Positions 31,393-41,482 are shown, numbered from the stretch's first letter. The stretch: 64,000 nt of DNA from Ignisphaera sp. (GCA_038821645.1 JAWBDT010000002.1:32001-96000); one strand, 5' to 3'. Numbers and translations: made by a program. Notes: generated by a model not told the origin, from the letters alone.

Positions 31393-32412
31393 ATGGATGA
31401 GGTTACCGTTAAAGTACCAACAAAAATCACATTATTTGGCGAACATGCAGTTATCTATGGTGTTCCAGCCATAGCTTCAACAATCCCCGTATACATGAAC
31501 ATAAAGGGTAAAATATTATCAGAGGAAGTCATTTCTATTACTTTTAGTAACAAATTATCAACATCTCTCAACAATATAACTATACGTCGTGATAGAGAAG
31601 AAATACAGTTACGATCTGATATAGTGATAATCAAAAAGTTACTCAATTATATTTTAACATCAATAGATCTATGTGAAAAAGAACTTGGTACTACAAGAAA
31701 TAGAGGATACAGTTTAATCATAGATAGCCCTCTACCAACTGGAATAGGATTAGGAACTTCTGCAGCCACATCTGTTGGCACAATTGTTGTATGTCTTGCT
31801 CTAAATGGCTATATAGAGAATATAGAGGATTATCGGCAAGATATAGCTAAAATGGCTTGGAATGTAGAGAAAACTGTACAAGGAGTAGCTAGTCCCATGG
31901 ACACATACACAATTACGTTGGGCGGACTAAGATATATCGAACCTAATACACCTAAGGCAGAACTCATAGATATTGATGATCAGATACCAGTAATTGTTGG
32001 CTATACTAATCGAAAAAATACGACAGCTGAATTAGTTCGTAAAGTCAGAAAACTCAAAGAAAAAGATGAAATTATATTTAATGAGTTATTGAACATTATT
32101 AAGACTATTGTAGAAAATGCTAGAAAAGCTTTTCTAAACCATGACATAGAAACCTTAGGCGTACTTATGAACATAAATCATGGGGTCCTCCAATCCCTAG
32201 GTATAGTGGACATGACACATGATACATTGCTTCATATGTTACGAAACGCTGGAGCTATAGGTGCAAAAACTAGTGGTGCAGGAAGTGGAGGTGCTTTTTT
32301 AGCTTTAGCGCGATCAGCAAGTGAGTTAGATAAACTGGCTGTAGTTGCTGAAGCCTTAGGAGCAAAAGTAATAAGTAAGGGATTATGTAAAGATGGTGTA
32401 CTATTGGTATAG
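31393..32412 (+). CDS. mvk: mevalonate kinase
   Basis: PTKITLFGEHAVIYG, P.GIGLGTSAA, QG.ASPMD, GAKTSGAGSGG. Confidence 0.93.
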   Translation: MDEVTVKVPTKITLFGEHAVIYGVPAIASTIPVYMNIKGKILSEEVISITFSNKLSTSLNNITIRRDREEIQLRSDIVIIKKLLNYILTSIDLCEKELGTTRNRGYSLIIDSPLPTGIGLGTSAATSVGTIVVCLALNGYIENIEDYRQDIAKMAWNVEKTVQGVASPMDTYTITLGGLRYIEPNTPKAELIDIDDQIPVIVGYTNRKNTTAELVRKVRKLKEKDEIIFNELLNIIKTIVENARKAFLNHDIETLGVLMNINHGVLQSLGIVDMTHDTLLHMLRNAGAIGAKTSGAGSGGAFLALARSASELDKLAVVAEALGAKVISKGLCKDGVLLV

Positions 32413-32539
32413 AAGGTTGTAATTAACGAATATAGATTACGACTTCACATATTAACATACATATGTATGAACAAGATAATAAAACATAACAGAATTATGA
32501 TAACACCTTGACTAATTATAAACTGAATTAATTAGTACT

Positions 32540-32567
32540 ACACATATAGCTAGACACATATAGCTAG
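32540..32567. repeat. 14-bp tandem repeat
   Basis: ACACATATAGCTAG x2. Confidence 0.8.
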
Positions 32568-32735
32568 TTAGATACATACATGATGAAGATATGAATATGT
32601 ATGACGTTATAGATGATAGGATGTTTAGACACTATAAGTAAATTTCTTAACATATAGAAAAAATTATTTTGAATAGAGGGTGGTTTAAACTATTTATATA
32701 GAAGGGTTATTAAAATATAAGAAGTATTTTAACTC

Positions 32736-33174
32736 ATGGTACATAAAATAACAACAAATATATCTGAGTTTATAGAACCTGTTATGAATTTGATCTCAAT
32801 CCTTTAATAATTGGTTTGTTTATGGCTATGCGATAATATCTAAACTTATACTTAATTAATGATAATGAGTCATTAGAGCTTATAGACTATATCAAGAGTG
32901 TTAATAATAAAATATTGATGAGATCAGTTAAGCTTATTGACTGAAAGAAGTAAAATACTTAAATATTTCATACTAAGTGGTAACGAGTGAAGACAAAGAG
33001 TAGGAGTATCATGATGTTCTTAAATTTTGTGGATTATGGAGAAACTATTTTGATTCCTGGGAACAAGGTGAAATAATGTCAAGATATATCCTAAGAATGG
33101 TGCCAATGTTCGTGAATATCTTAGGTAGTTACTTAAAGGATGTTATTTATGTGTTCAATTATGCAGAAGTGTGA
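32736..33174 (+). pseudogene. possible degraded gene upstream of the Mrr-like nuclease
   Basis: Protein-like open stretches in several frames broken by stops. The last one (33004-33174) ends in a TGA overlapping the next gene's GTG. Confidence 0.3.
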
Positions 33175-33878
33175 TAATAATGGGTTATACATCTTTATAC
33201 GAGTTTCTTGAAAGATTAATAAGAGATAGAAATATAGAAATTAAATTTATTAATCTAGTAGAATACAAAGATAAAGATAAAATTAATTCTCTAATTGAAT
33301 CATGTATTGAGAGAGGTATAATGGAAAAGGTAGGTAACAACATAAAGCTCATAGATACTGTCGAGTTTTTAACATATCTACCCTTGTATGGTATTGATCC
33401 GAGTAGATTGAGTATGTATATAGAATGGCGTGAGTTTGAAGAATTCATAACTAGATTACTTATAGAATTTGGTTGGGATACATATTTAAATTATAGACAT
33501 GATAGAGTTGAAAGATTTCAAATAGACATAATAGCATTAAATCGTTCTCTAAATCTATCTTTATTTATTGAATGTAAGCATTGGAAAAGAATGTCTAGTT
33601 TCTATACGAGTCTAGAAGATATAATAGATAGTCATATAAATAGAATTGAAAAATATTTGCGAAATTGTGAATGGGTTTGTCTTAAACTTAACAAGCTTAG
33701 ACATATAATGAATATTCTTCCTGTTATTGTAACACTACATGATTTACAAATTAAAGCATTCAAAGGTGTACCTATAGTTTCATTATATAAGTTTCGTGAT
33801 TTCATACTAAATATAGACCGTTATATTGATGTTTTGAATCTAAAGATTTATGCAAATAGATGTTATAGTAGTAGGTAA
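33171..33878 (+). CDS. Mrr/NERD-like PD-(D/E)xK endonuclease family protein
   Basis: WREFEEFI..L....G, QIDIIA, FIECKHW. Confidence 0.82.
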   Translation: MIIMGYTSLYEFLERLIRDRNIEIKFINLVEYKDKDKINSLIESCIERGIMEKVGNNIKLIDTVEFLTYLPLYGIDPSRLSMYIEWREFEEFITRLLIEFGWDTYLNYRHDRVERFQIDIIALNRSLNLSLFIECKHWKRMSSFYTSLEDIIDSHINRIEKYLRNCEWVCLKLNKLRHIMNILPVIVTLHDLQIKAFKGVPIVSLYKFRDFILNIDRYIDVLNLKIYANRCYSSR

Positions 33879-33888
33879 CCATAGTCAA

Positions 33889-34797
33889 TTATTTGTAACG
33901 CTCTTTCTGAAATGCTATTGCAGCATATCCTACAATTACGTCTTCATCACCTGTGACATCTCCCGAATGATAATACTTTAGTAACTTAGCCTTTCCATTT
34001 AATAGCTTAACATATTCAATAGTTATTGCTATAGCTCCATAACCACATATTGTTGCATTGTATTTTTGAATAAGCTCTAAGAAACCTTTAGTATCTAGGT
34101 CAATTATTCTATCAATGAACATCATATCAAGTTTTCTAACCTTATCACTTATGTCACTCGTAAATAGTATATAGTCATATATTGCGCCATGATGTGTAAA
34201 ATCAGATGACGCTATAACTATACAGCTCTTGTTGCTTTTAATGATAGTTTCATATAGCACTTTTGCAAATAATTGTGCTTCTTCGTAATCTATCTCTCTT
34301 ACTACAATTGGTACTAATTTAAAATCTTTATAAATATATTGGAGAAATGGTAACTGTACTTCAATAGAATGTTCTCTCATATGTGCTAGCGGATCATCGG
34401 TTAATTCTTTATAATTTTCTTTAAGTATTTTTATTAGCTCAATATCGACTTCTATATCACCCAAAGGGGTTGCCCATCTACTAAAGTAAGTTGTTGTAGT
34501 TATACGTCCTCCAAATCCGCTATGATTTGTGCCTAGAATTATGACTGTATCTATTTTAGGTTCATTTTCAGCTAATTTCTTGTAAAACCAACTAGCACAT
34601 GCACCAGAATATTGGTATCCAGCATGAGGCACTATACCTCCAACAATATTAACTTCATTAATATATCTCTTAGGTAATTCGCCAGGGCCCAGCTCTTTAT
34701 TTATAAATGCCTCTTCTATTTCTTTTATCAATTTATTCTTGTTTATTGGATAGAATCCCCATATACCAGCCTGAGGATCCCTAACTTCATATTTCAT
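33889..34797 (-). CDS. MEMO1 (AmmeMemoRadiSam protein B) family protein
   Basis: IVPHAGYQYSG, GTNH, W.TPLG, EHSIEVQLPFLQ, ASSDFTH, TICGYG. Confidence 0.93.
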   Translation of the reverse strand: MKYEVRDPQAGIWGFYPINKNKLIKEIEEAFINKELGPGELPKRYINEVNIVGGIVPHAGYQYSGACASWFYKKLAENEPKIDTVIILGTNHSGFGGRITTTTYFSRWATPLGDIEVDIELIKILKENYKELTDDPLAHMREHSIEVQLPFLQYIYKDFKLVPIVVREIDYEEAQLFAKVLYETIIKSNKSCIVIASSDFTHHGAIYDYILFTSDISDKVRKLDMMFIDRIIDLDTKGFLELIQKYNATICGYGAIAITIEYVKLLNGKAKLLKYYHSGDVTGDEDVIVGYAAIAFQKERYK

Positions 34798-34832
34798 GGA
34801 TGTATACCTTCATCAAATTGTGTATCTATGTT

Positions 34833-35663
34833 CTAGAATTTCTCTAGAAACTTTATATCTTCACTACTTAATCTCCATCCAAGTGTTCCAGCAATTTCGT
34901 CTATATGTGTTTTTCTTTCAGATTTAGGTATAGCAGTCACATATGGTTTTGAAATAATATAATTAAGGGCAACTTGTATGGGTGTTTTACCGTATTTACT
35001 TGCTATATGGATTATCATTGGATTGTGTTTCACGGAGCCTTTTTCAAGAGGGGAACATGCTTGTATAGTTATTTTATTCTCGATAGCTATTTTTAGAATA
35101 TCCTTTTCTACACGTCTATCTAAAATACTATATTTATTTTGAATCATTACAATACTATACTTTGAGAGAGCTTCAAGAGCCTTTAGTATGTCCTTAACTT
35201 TAAATCCACTTAATCCTATATATCTTGTCAAACCTTTTTGAGCTACACCCTCCAAAACCTTCATTTGTAAATCTATGGGTACAACATCACCAGGTCCATC
35301 AACTAACAGGATATCTACATAGGAAACAGACATACGTTTCAAGCTGTTAGATAAAGCTTTTATAGCACTCTCTATATCTGAAAGTCGATACGAATCAATT
35401 CTAAGCACGATAAATATTTCATCACGCTTAAATTTCTTGATCGTTCTTCCAATAACTTCTTCAGTAAGACCTTCTCCATATTGATCTGATGTTTCAATAA
35501 GTCTCAATCCAATATTAAATGCATGTAAAAATGCTTCTTCAGCCCATCTATAATTCTGTATACCCTTAGTACCTAATCCTATGGCTGGAATTTTTTCACC
35601 AGTATTACCTAGAGGTTTATTGTCAGCAGTATCTATCTCTACACCCATAGTGTTATCACACAA
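34833..35663 (-). CDS. aldo/keto reductase family protein (catalytic motifs diverged)
   Basis: LGNTGEKIPAIGLGT, EEVIG, TRYIGLS, Q.KYS, SPL, QVALNY, IPKS. The usual DTA..Y, TK and LLHW motifs appear as ETSDQY, LR and LLVD. Confidence 0.85.
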   Translation of the reverse strand: MCDNTMGVEIDTADNKPLGNTGEKIPAIGLGTKGIQNYRWAEEAFLHAFNIGLRLIETSDQYGEGLTEEVIGRTIKKFKRDEIFIVLRIDSYRLSDIESAIKALSNSLKRMSVSYVDILLVDGPGDVVPIDLQMKVLEGVAQKGLTRYIGLSGFKVKDILKALEALSKYSIVMIQNKYSILDRRVEKDILKIAIENKITIQACSPLEKGSVKHNPMIIHIASKYGKTPIQVALNYIISKPYVTAIPKSERKTHIDEIAGTLGWRLSSEDIKFLEKF

Positions 35664-35827
35664 AGTTATTTGTCTTTATACAAGTGTTATTTAAATAAAC
35701 AATCTTTATCTACTTTTCATTTCAACATCAGTTTTATAACCTATACTCATTATTAAGCTTATTACAATCCTTTAGCAAGTCTTCATAGAGTACTGTAATA
35801 ATTTCAGATTAAACACGGTTCTTCATT

Positions 35828-36880
35828 ATGGTTCAGTTCACAGCCGTTTCATCACTATATATTTATCTCTTATACTTGGGGCAATTTATGTTCTATCGAC
35901 TACTATATATGGTTTCAAATATACTATTAGCCAAACTAGCTAAGGTTCCTCTAAGATTGTTACATAAGATTTTCGTGATAAATTATGGAGACGAGTTCAA
36001 TAATATTGTTAGATACTTCCAAAAAGCTTATAGAATCTCTCTAAAAAATACAGCAGCAATGATATTACCTCTATCATGTAATTATCATGCTATTAAAAGT
36101 TATTTTAATAATTACATTCTGCTACCTGGCGGAGCACTAGTGTTACTCAGAAGACCCACATTAACCGATCCTTTAGACTTTACATTATTTATAAAGGATT
36201 CAAAGGTATGGTTACAAAGATTTAATCTCGTTTTAAAGAAAGATTGCGACTTGATATTTGTTTATGACCCTATGTCTATGCCACACATATCAGTAAAATA
36301 CATACCTACAATAATCGTAAGTAAATCGAATGCTGATAATCATACACATATTTGCTTCTCACAGTTAGCTCGTCATGAAGGTATCATTTCAATAGATGGC
36401 ATGAATATCCTACTAGGTATATGGAGTAGAAAAGAGATAATCGAACATACATTAAGATATATTAGAAATTATGAGGTAGTTAATGCATATAATCCTTTTT
36501 TCTGTTCAGATCCATTTAATGAATATGATAGTAATTATAGAGTATCTATAGACTACGATAGACGATTTAAATTCATATCAGTAGACAATAATTGTAATCC
36601 AGATGTTTTAATAATAGAATTTTTATCATCATATGTTACAGTACTAGAGCAACATCTTAGCTGTTTTTACTACTTATGGATACCATTACCTTCAACACAA
36701 TTTTTGTCATATTTATACAACGGTTCTAGAGATATTGTAAGAGTTAAAAAGTTACTGATTATAAGTCCCATAAATAATTTTTCAGAGATAGGTTCTATAA
36801 GTAATGATAGACTATGGATTAATTTAATAAAACAAGTGACGGTTTTTGATAAAATAAGCTTGTTTATAGATAACAGTTAA
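35828..36880 (+). CDS. hypothetical protein
   Basis: Long ORF; start uncertain; no firm motif. Confidence 0.55.
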   Translation: MVQFTAVSSLYIYLLYLGQFMFYRLLYMVSNILLAKLAKVPLRLLHKIFVINYGDEFNNIVRYFQKAYRISLKNTAAMILPLSCNYHAIKSYFNNYILLPGGALVLLRRPTLTDPLDFTLFIKDSKVWLQRFNLVLKKDCDLIFVYDPMSMPHISVKYIPTIIVSKSNADNHTHICFSQLARHEGIISIDGMNILLGIWSRKEIIEHTLRYIRNYEVVNAYNPFFCSDPFNEYDSNYRVSIDYDRRFKFISVDNNCNPDVLIIEFLSSYVTVLEQHLSCFYYLWIPLPSTQFLSYLYNGSRDIVRVKKLLIISPINNFSEIGSISNDRLWINLIKQVTVFDKISLFIDNS

Positions 36881-36920
36881 TTCAGTAAAGTCTCATCTAT
36901 TGAATTATGTGAATGTATAA

Positions 36921-36968
36921 TCAGCGAGGTTCGAAGTCATCACCTTTCAGACTAGAGCACAACATCAT
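36921..36968 (-). ncRNA. box C/D guide sRNA, probable tRNA target
   Basis: Minus strand: ATGATGT-tgtgctctagt-CTGA-aag-GTGATGA-cttcgaacctcg-CTGA. Confidence 0.85.
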
Positions 36969-36970
36969 AT

Positions 36971-37222
36971 CTATATGGTTCCACCAAGTGCTAATGGGAA
37001 CAACATTAATACTTTGCATTCTTCTGGAACCTCTTCATCTAGATAAAGTTGTTTATTATCACATATAATCATTAGTTCTTCTTGAGCTATTTCAATGTCT
37101 ATATGTTTCTTAGTAATATCCAAAATAGTTGAAATTTTTCTACTTTCTGAACATATTTCCAAAGTTTTTTCTTTAATATTTTTAAAACCTATTATCTTAA
37201 TTGCTAGACACTTCATATACAT
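36971..37222 (-). CDS. MoaD/ThiS/SAMP-like ubiquitin-fold protein ending GG-TI
   Basis: 83 aa, beta-grasp-like pattern, C-terminal LMLFPLALGG followed by TI and a stop. Confidence 0.75.
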   Translation of the reverse strand: MYMKCLAIKIIGFKNIKEKTLEICSESRKISTILDITKKHIDIEIAQEELMIICDNKQLYLDEEVPEECKVLMLFPLALGGTI

Positions 37223-37287
37223 TCACCAGAGTTTTGTAAACAAAGTCTTATACATTGTTATCTTTATTCAGTTTAAATGTTATATGT

Positions 37288-37343
37288 TCAGTTAGGCGTC
37301 TTGTCATCATCCCGCTGAGGTCCTCTCCGTCACCATTCATCAC
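37288..37343 (-). ncRNA. box C/D guide sRNA (degenerate D')
   Basis: Minus strand: GTGATGA-atggtgacggag-(AGGA)-cctcagcggg-ATGATGA-caagacgcctaa-CTGA. Confidence 0.75.
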
Positions 37344-37510
37344 TATCTGTTTAAGCTTAAGCATTATTTGATGAGATCAATCATGTTATCTTATTTGTCA
37401 CATGATTAATAAACTGATATACATTTATAGAGATATATCTAAATGTAAACTGAGTTGATTATCAACGGTTAAATGAGAAAGATAGATTAAACTTCAAAAA
37501 TATACTACAA

Positions 37511-38053
37511 ATGGGATACAGAATGAAGATTGTTCATAGAGGAGATGATGGATATACAGACATCATAGGTGCTCGCATTCCTAAAGATTCATACATAATA
37601 GAATTCATAGGAAGTGTAGATGAGCTTGTATCCTTTCTTGGCATCATAAGATCTACTATAGGTGAAAATGAAGCCTTAAGAGAAATAGCAACAAAAATTA
37701 AGAGTATACAGTTAACTTTAATGAAGGTAGCAGGAATAGCGGCAGGAGATCATAGACATAGTGATCTCTTTAATAAGTATGTTGAAGATCTTGAAAAAGA
37801 AATTATTACGTTTAGCAAAATAGTCAATGTTAATCATTGTTTTGTTGTGCCTGGAAGCAGTCTAGAGTCTTCATTGCTCCATTTTGCTAGAACTTTATGT
37901 AGGTCTGTTGAACGTAGAGCTGTTGCTTTATTGAGAAACGGTTTGATTAACAAAAGCGTCTATGTCTACTTAAATAGGCTTTCCGATCTTTTGTATGTTT
38001 ATGCATTGTATGTTGATGTAATCAGAGGAATAGAGTTCGAATGTCTAGATTGA
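37511..38053 (+). CDS. PduO-type cob(I)alamin adenosyltransferase
   Basis: GDDGYT, K....E..GSVDEL, FVVPG, LHFARTLCR..ER, YLNRLSD. Confidence 0.9.
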   Translation: MGYRMKIVHRGDDGYTDIIGARIPKDSYIIEFIGSVDELVSFLGIIRSTIGENEALREIATKIKSIQLTLMKVAGIAAGDHRHSDLFNKYVEDLEKEIITFSKIVNVNHCFVVPGSSLESSLLHFARTLCRSVERRAVALLRNGLINKSVYVYLNRLSDLLYVYALYVDVIRGIEFECLD

Positions 38054-38944
38054 TATACCATAGATGATCCTTAAAGCCTCAAAAAAGAATGCAGATATTC
38101 CACAGAAGACTGGGATCTTGAGAAGTTTTGTGGCTTTTAATGCATCTTTAGGGTTCAACGATGAAGCCTTGATCAAAGCTATTACTATTATAGTATCTAC
38201 CCCAGTTATTGTAATGATCAGGTATATGATAGAGTAACTAAATCTGGGATCGAAGTACGGTATAAGGCTTAACAGGATTAGGCTAAGAAAAATGGTCATA
38301 GAAATCATAAACGCATTTTTTGAACCTAGTACTGTAGCTAAAGTTTTCACACCATACCTTTTATCACCTTCTACGTCTTCTATTCCTTTTAGAAATTCTC
38401 TCCCAATGTTTAATAGAAATGCATACAGACTAGCTATACATACATGAATTGTGATGTTTGATGCTAATCCTCCATAGATTATTGCAAGACTTGTCAAGAA
38501 AGCTACAATAACATTACCTAAGAGAATAATCTTTTTCAATCGTTGTGAATAGAGATAAGAGAGTACAGATGCAACTAACGCTATTAATGTGTTTAAAAGT
38601 GATACTGAAAAAGAGAGTGCTACGCCTATGGCTAGAAGGGCTATAGATACAACATATGCTGTAGTAGCATCTATTAATCCAGAGGGTATAGGTCTCCAGG
38701 GTTTATTTAGTTGATCGATATACCTATCGTAGTAATCGTTTATGGCATTGCTTCCGCTACCAATAAGAAATGCTACTGTAAAAAGCTTTATTGTCATTAA
38801 AATATCAATATACCTTGGTATACCTAATACATATCCAACAATAGCAGCATAGCCTAAGGCAATCGCATTACCTATTCTAATAAGTGAGAGCCACGATTTC
38901 AACATTTTTAAATGTCTTGACATAACATCTACCTGTTTCATCAT
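38045..38944 (-). CDS. digeranylgeranylglyceryl phosphate synthase (UbiA family)
   Basis: NDYYDRYIDQLNKPWRPIPSG, YS..LK, RE..KGIEDVEGD; adjacent to geranylgeranyl reductase. Confidence 0.9.
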   Translation of the reverse strand: MMKQVDVMSRHLKMLKSWLSLIRIGNAIALGYAAIVGYVLGIPRYIDILMTIKLFTVAFLIGSGSNAINDYYDRYIDQLNKPWRPIPSGLIDATTAYVVSIALLAIGVALSFSVSLLNTLIALVASVLSYLYSQRLKKIILLGNVIVAFLTSLAIIYGGLASNITIHVCIASLYAFLLNIGREFLKGIEDVEGDKRYGVKTLATVLGSKNAFMISMTIFLSLILLSLIPYFDPRFSYSIIYLIITITGVDTIIVIALIKASSLNPKDALKATKLLKIPVFCGISAFFFEALRIIYGISI

Positions 38945-38991
38945 GGAAGAGAGTCCTCAATCTTTATTTCACTTTAATTATTGTGTTTATT

Positions 38992-40344
38992 TTATATAGA
39001 TTGGATCCACTTCTTAAACTCACTAAACATCTCTATCTCTTTTGTTCTCCACTTCAAATATTCCGTAGGTGACGAAGGATATGAGAGATACAGTGAATAA
39101 GCTTGATCCATGTATTGTTTTAATTTGTAGAGTTTTGATAAGAAAGATGGTTTAGAAACTAGCGATACAAATGTTTTCAGACGATTAAGTATGGAAACCG
39201 ATAACTCTCCCTTATAACCGATGTTATATACTTCATCACTAATAACAAGCTTTGACTTAAATATGAAGTTGAAATCATTATTGCTTAGATGTTGAATAAA
39301 CATTCTAAGAATATCTAGAGAAGCTTGTTTAGCTCCATATAATTTATGGTATTCTATATGATATTCCCATAAATTATCCATAGTGGGCTCTCCTTTGGAT
39401 AGAACTTTTGTTATTACTTTTGTCGCTGCATATGCACTAATCATTGCAGACCCTATACCTCCTCCATGTACAGGATTAGCTGTAGCTGCAGCGTCACCTA
39501 TAACAACAAATCCATTCCATACCATACAAGGTATAGGTCTACGTGTAGGCACTAATCCACCTCCTGAATGCAATATTCTAGTTATGGATCTTTGTATTCT
39601 AGGTCTTATGTATTTATCATAGTTATACTTTGGATTTTGGGTATTATTTTTCCATTGAACGCCTAAACCTATATTGTATATACCTCTTCCTTTTGGAAAT
39701 AACCACCAATAACCTCCAGGAGCTATATCAGTATTAATGTATATGTATGCCATGTCTTCTTCTAAATCTCTGATATCACCTTCTATTATCTCTCTGTAGG
39801 TAATATTGAAATCTTCTTTAGGTATTGGTTCCGATACCCACCATTCTTTAGGTAGTTTGCTTCTTACAGTTGCTGCTACACCTGTAGCATCGATAACAAC
39901 ATTAGCTCTCATAACCTTTGTATTACCTGACCTGTCTTTAACTAAGGCACCCTTAACCCAAGATCCCTCAATAAGAGGGGTTGTAAAATAATGTTCAAGA
40001 TATGGTTCAGCACCAGCATTTACAGCCAATGTAAACAATCTATATCCAAATTTTTGTCTATTTAGAGAATATCCTTTACCATGTACATCTATTATATGTT
40101 GTTCATCAGGTGAAACTAACCTTACACCACGATAAACATTAGTTGCTTCATCGTATATCTTGGGTGGATCGAGCCCTAATTCTACAAAATGATGTTCACC
40201 TACAGCATCCCCACATACTTTATCACCAATACTATTCTCGCTCTTCATGTCCACAAAGGCTACTTTAAATCCATTCTTAGCTAATGTAAACGATGCGAAA
40301 AGCCCTGCAACTCCTGCTCCAATTACAATTACATCATACTTCAT
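38992..40344 (-). CDS. digeranylgeranylglycerophospholipid (geranylgeranyl) reductase
   Basis: GAGVAG FAD motif, GDKVCGDA, PGGYWWLFP, GDAA..ANPVHGGG. Confidence 0.92.
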   Translation of the reverse strand: MKYDVIVIGAGVAGLFASFTLAKNGFKVAFVDMKSENSIGDKVCGDAVGEHHFVELGLDPPKIYDEATNVYRGVRLVSPDEQHIIDVHGKGYSLNRQKFGYRLFTLAVNAGAEPYLEHYFTTPLIEGSWVKGALVKDRSGNTKVMRANVVIDATGVAATVRSKLPKEWWVSEPIPKEDFNITYREIIEGDIRDLEEDMAYIYINTDIAPGGYWWLFPKGRGIYNIGLGVQWKNNTQNPKYNYDKYIRPRIQRSITRILHSGGGLVPTRRPIPCMVWNGFVVIGDAAATANPVHGGGIGSAMISAYAATKVITKVLSKGEPTMDNLWEYHIEYHKLYGAKQASLDILRMFIQHLSNNDFNFIFKSKLVISDEVYNIGYKGELSVSILNRLKTFVSLVSKPSFLSKLYKLKQYMDQAYSLYLSYPSSPTEYLKWRTKEIEMFSEFKKWIQSI

Positions 40345-40432
40345 TACTACTCACACTTCAAAATCATCTTGTTGATATACACAGTATTTAAGTCTTGTAA
40401 AATGTTCTAGTAATTTGTTTTTCAATATGTTC

Positions 40433-41482
40433 TTACGTATATTTTCTAAGGATGCAGACAAAATATCCTTCCATTTTATGTTTATGTGGCCAAATTCTTA
40501 TGCATTTCCTTACATCATCATAAAATTCTATACTTCTGTATCGATTTATTCCATTTGATCCTATACCAATATTCGCTTCTTCAATAATAACTTCATCTTT
40601 CATAAGATCAATAACTTTAGTAATAACATATTCATTTTCTTCGGGTGCTATACTACATGTTGTATAGACTATTCTACCTCCAGGTTTAGTTAAGCTTATT
40701 GCAGATTTTAACAACATAATTTCACGAAGTACTAACTTGGCTAAATCTTCTTGCATTGTTTTCTTCTTTCTTGTTTTATCAAACATTATAGCTCCTTCGG
40801 CACTACAAGGAGCATCAAGAAGTACGTAATCGAAATTCGTCTTAATCTTTTTGGGAAGCCGAATTCCATTTTCTAGTGTGACTACATATGATTTAAATCC
40901 CATTCTAAACATGTTTGATATTAAGGACTTAATTCTATGCTTTGATACATCATTGGCTACAAGCAATCCCTCATCTTTCATCAGAACAAGTATATGTATA
41001 CTTTTGCCTCCTGGTGCAGCACACATATCCAAAACTTTAGAACCTGGTTTAGGATTGAGTAATAGAGGCGGTATTAATGATGATTGATCCCTATAAACAT
41101 AGTAAAAACCCTTTAGATATTCATGGAGCGAACCTAAAGAAGGTTTTCTAGTACCTCTTGTTACTAGAAAACCGTTGTTACACCAATTGATTGGAGTTAT
41201 AGAATAACCTAGCATCTTCAGTCTCTCAATCAGTATGTCGCATTTGATTCTCAATACATTACACAGAATTGCTGGTCTATATTCATAATTTTCAAAAGTA
41301 TTAAGTAATTCAATTGTTTCTTCAAAATCAATCATATCTATGTATCTCTGTACCATATAAGGCAAATAACCATATTTTCTTGCAAGTTCATATGCATTTC
41401 TATCTATGCTTTCTATTTTAATTTCTTTTAGGATCTTACTATAAGTTATATCATTACCTTCAGCCGCGGGTTCTACGTTCAT
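40433..41482 (-). CDS. RsmB/NOL1/NOP2/Sun family RNA m5C methyltransferase
   Basis: LDMCAAPGGKS, LLDAPCS, YTTCS..PEENE, WPH. Confidence 0.93.
   Translation of the reverse strand: MNVEPAAEGNDITYSKILKEIKIESIDRNAYELARKYGYLPYMVQRYIDMIDFEETIELLNTFENYEYRPAILCNVLRIKCDILIERLKMLGYSITPINWCNNGFLVTRGTRKPSLGSLHEYLKGFYYVYRDQSSLIPPLLLNPKPGSKVLDMCAAPGGKSIHILVLMKDEGLLVANDVSKHRIKSLISNMFRMGFKSYVVTLENGIRLPKKIKTNFDYVLLDAPCSAEGAIMFDKTRKKKTMQEDLAKLVLREIMLLKSAISLTKPGGRIVYTTCSIAPEENEYVITKVIDLMKDEVIIEEANIGIGSNGINRYRSIEFYDDVRKCIRIWPHKHKMEGYFVCILRKYT

Noticed and set aside
38900-38965. C/D-like motif at the start of the DGGGP synthase gene
   Set aside because: No box D at the proper spacing.
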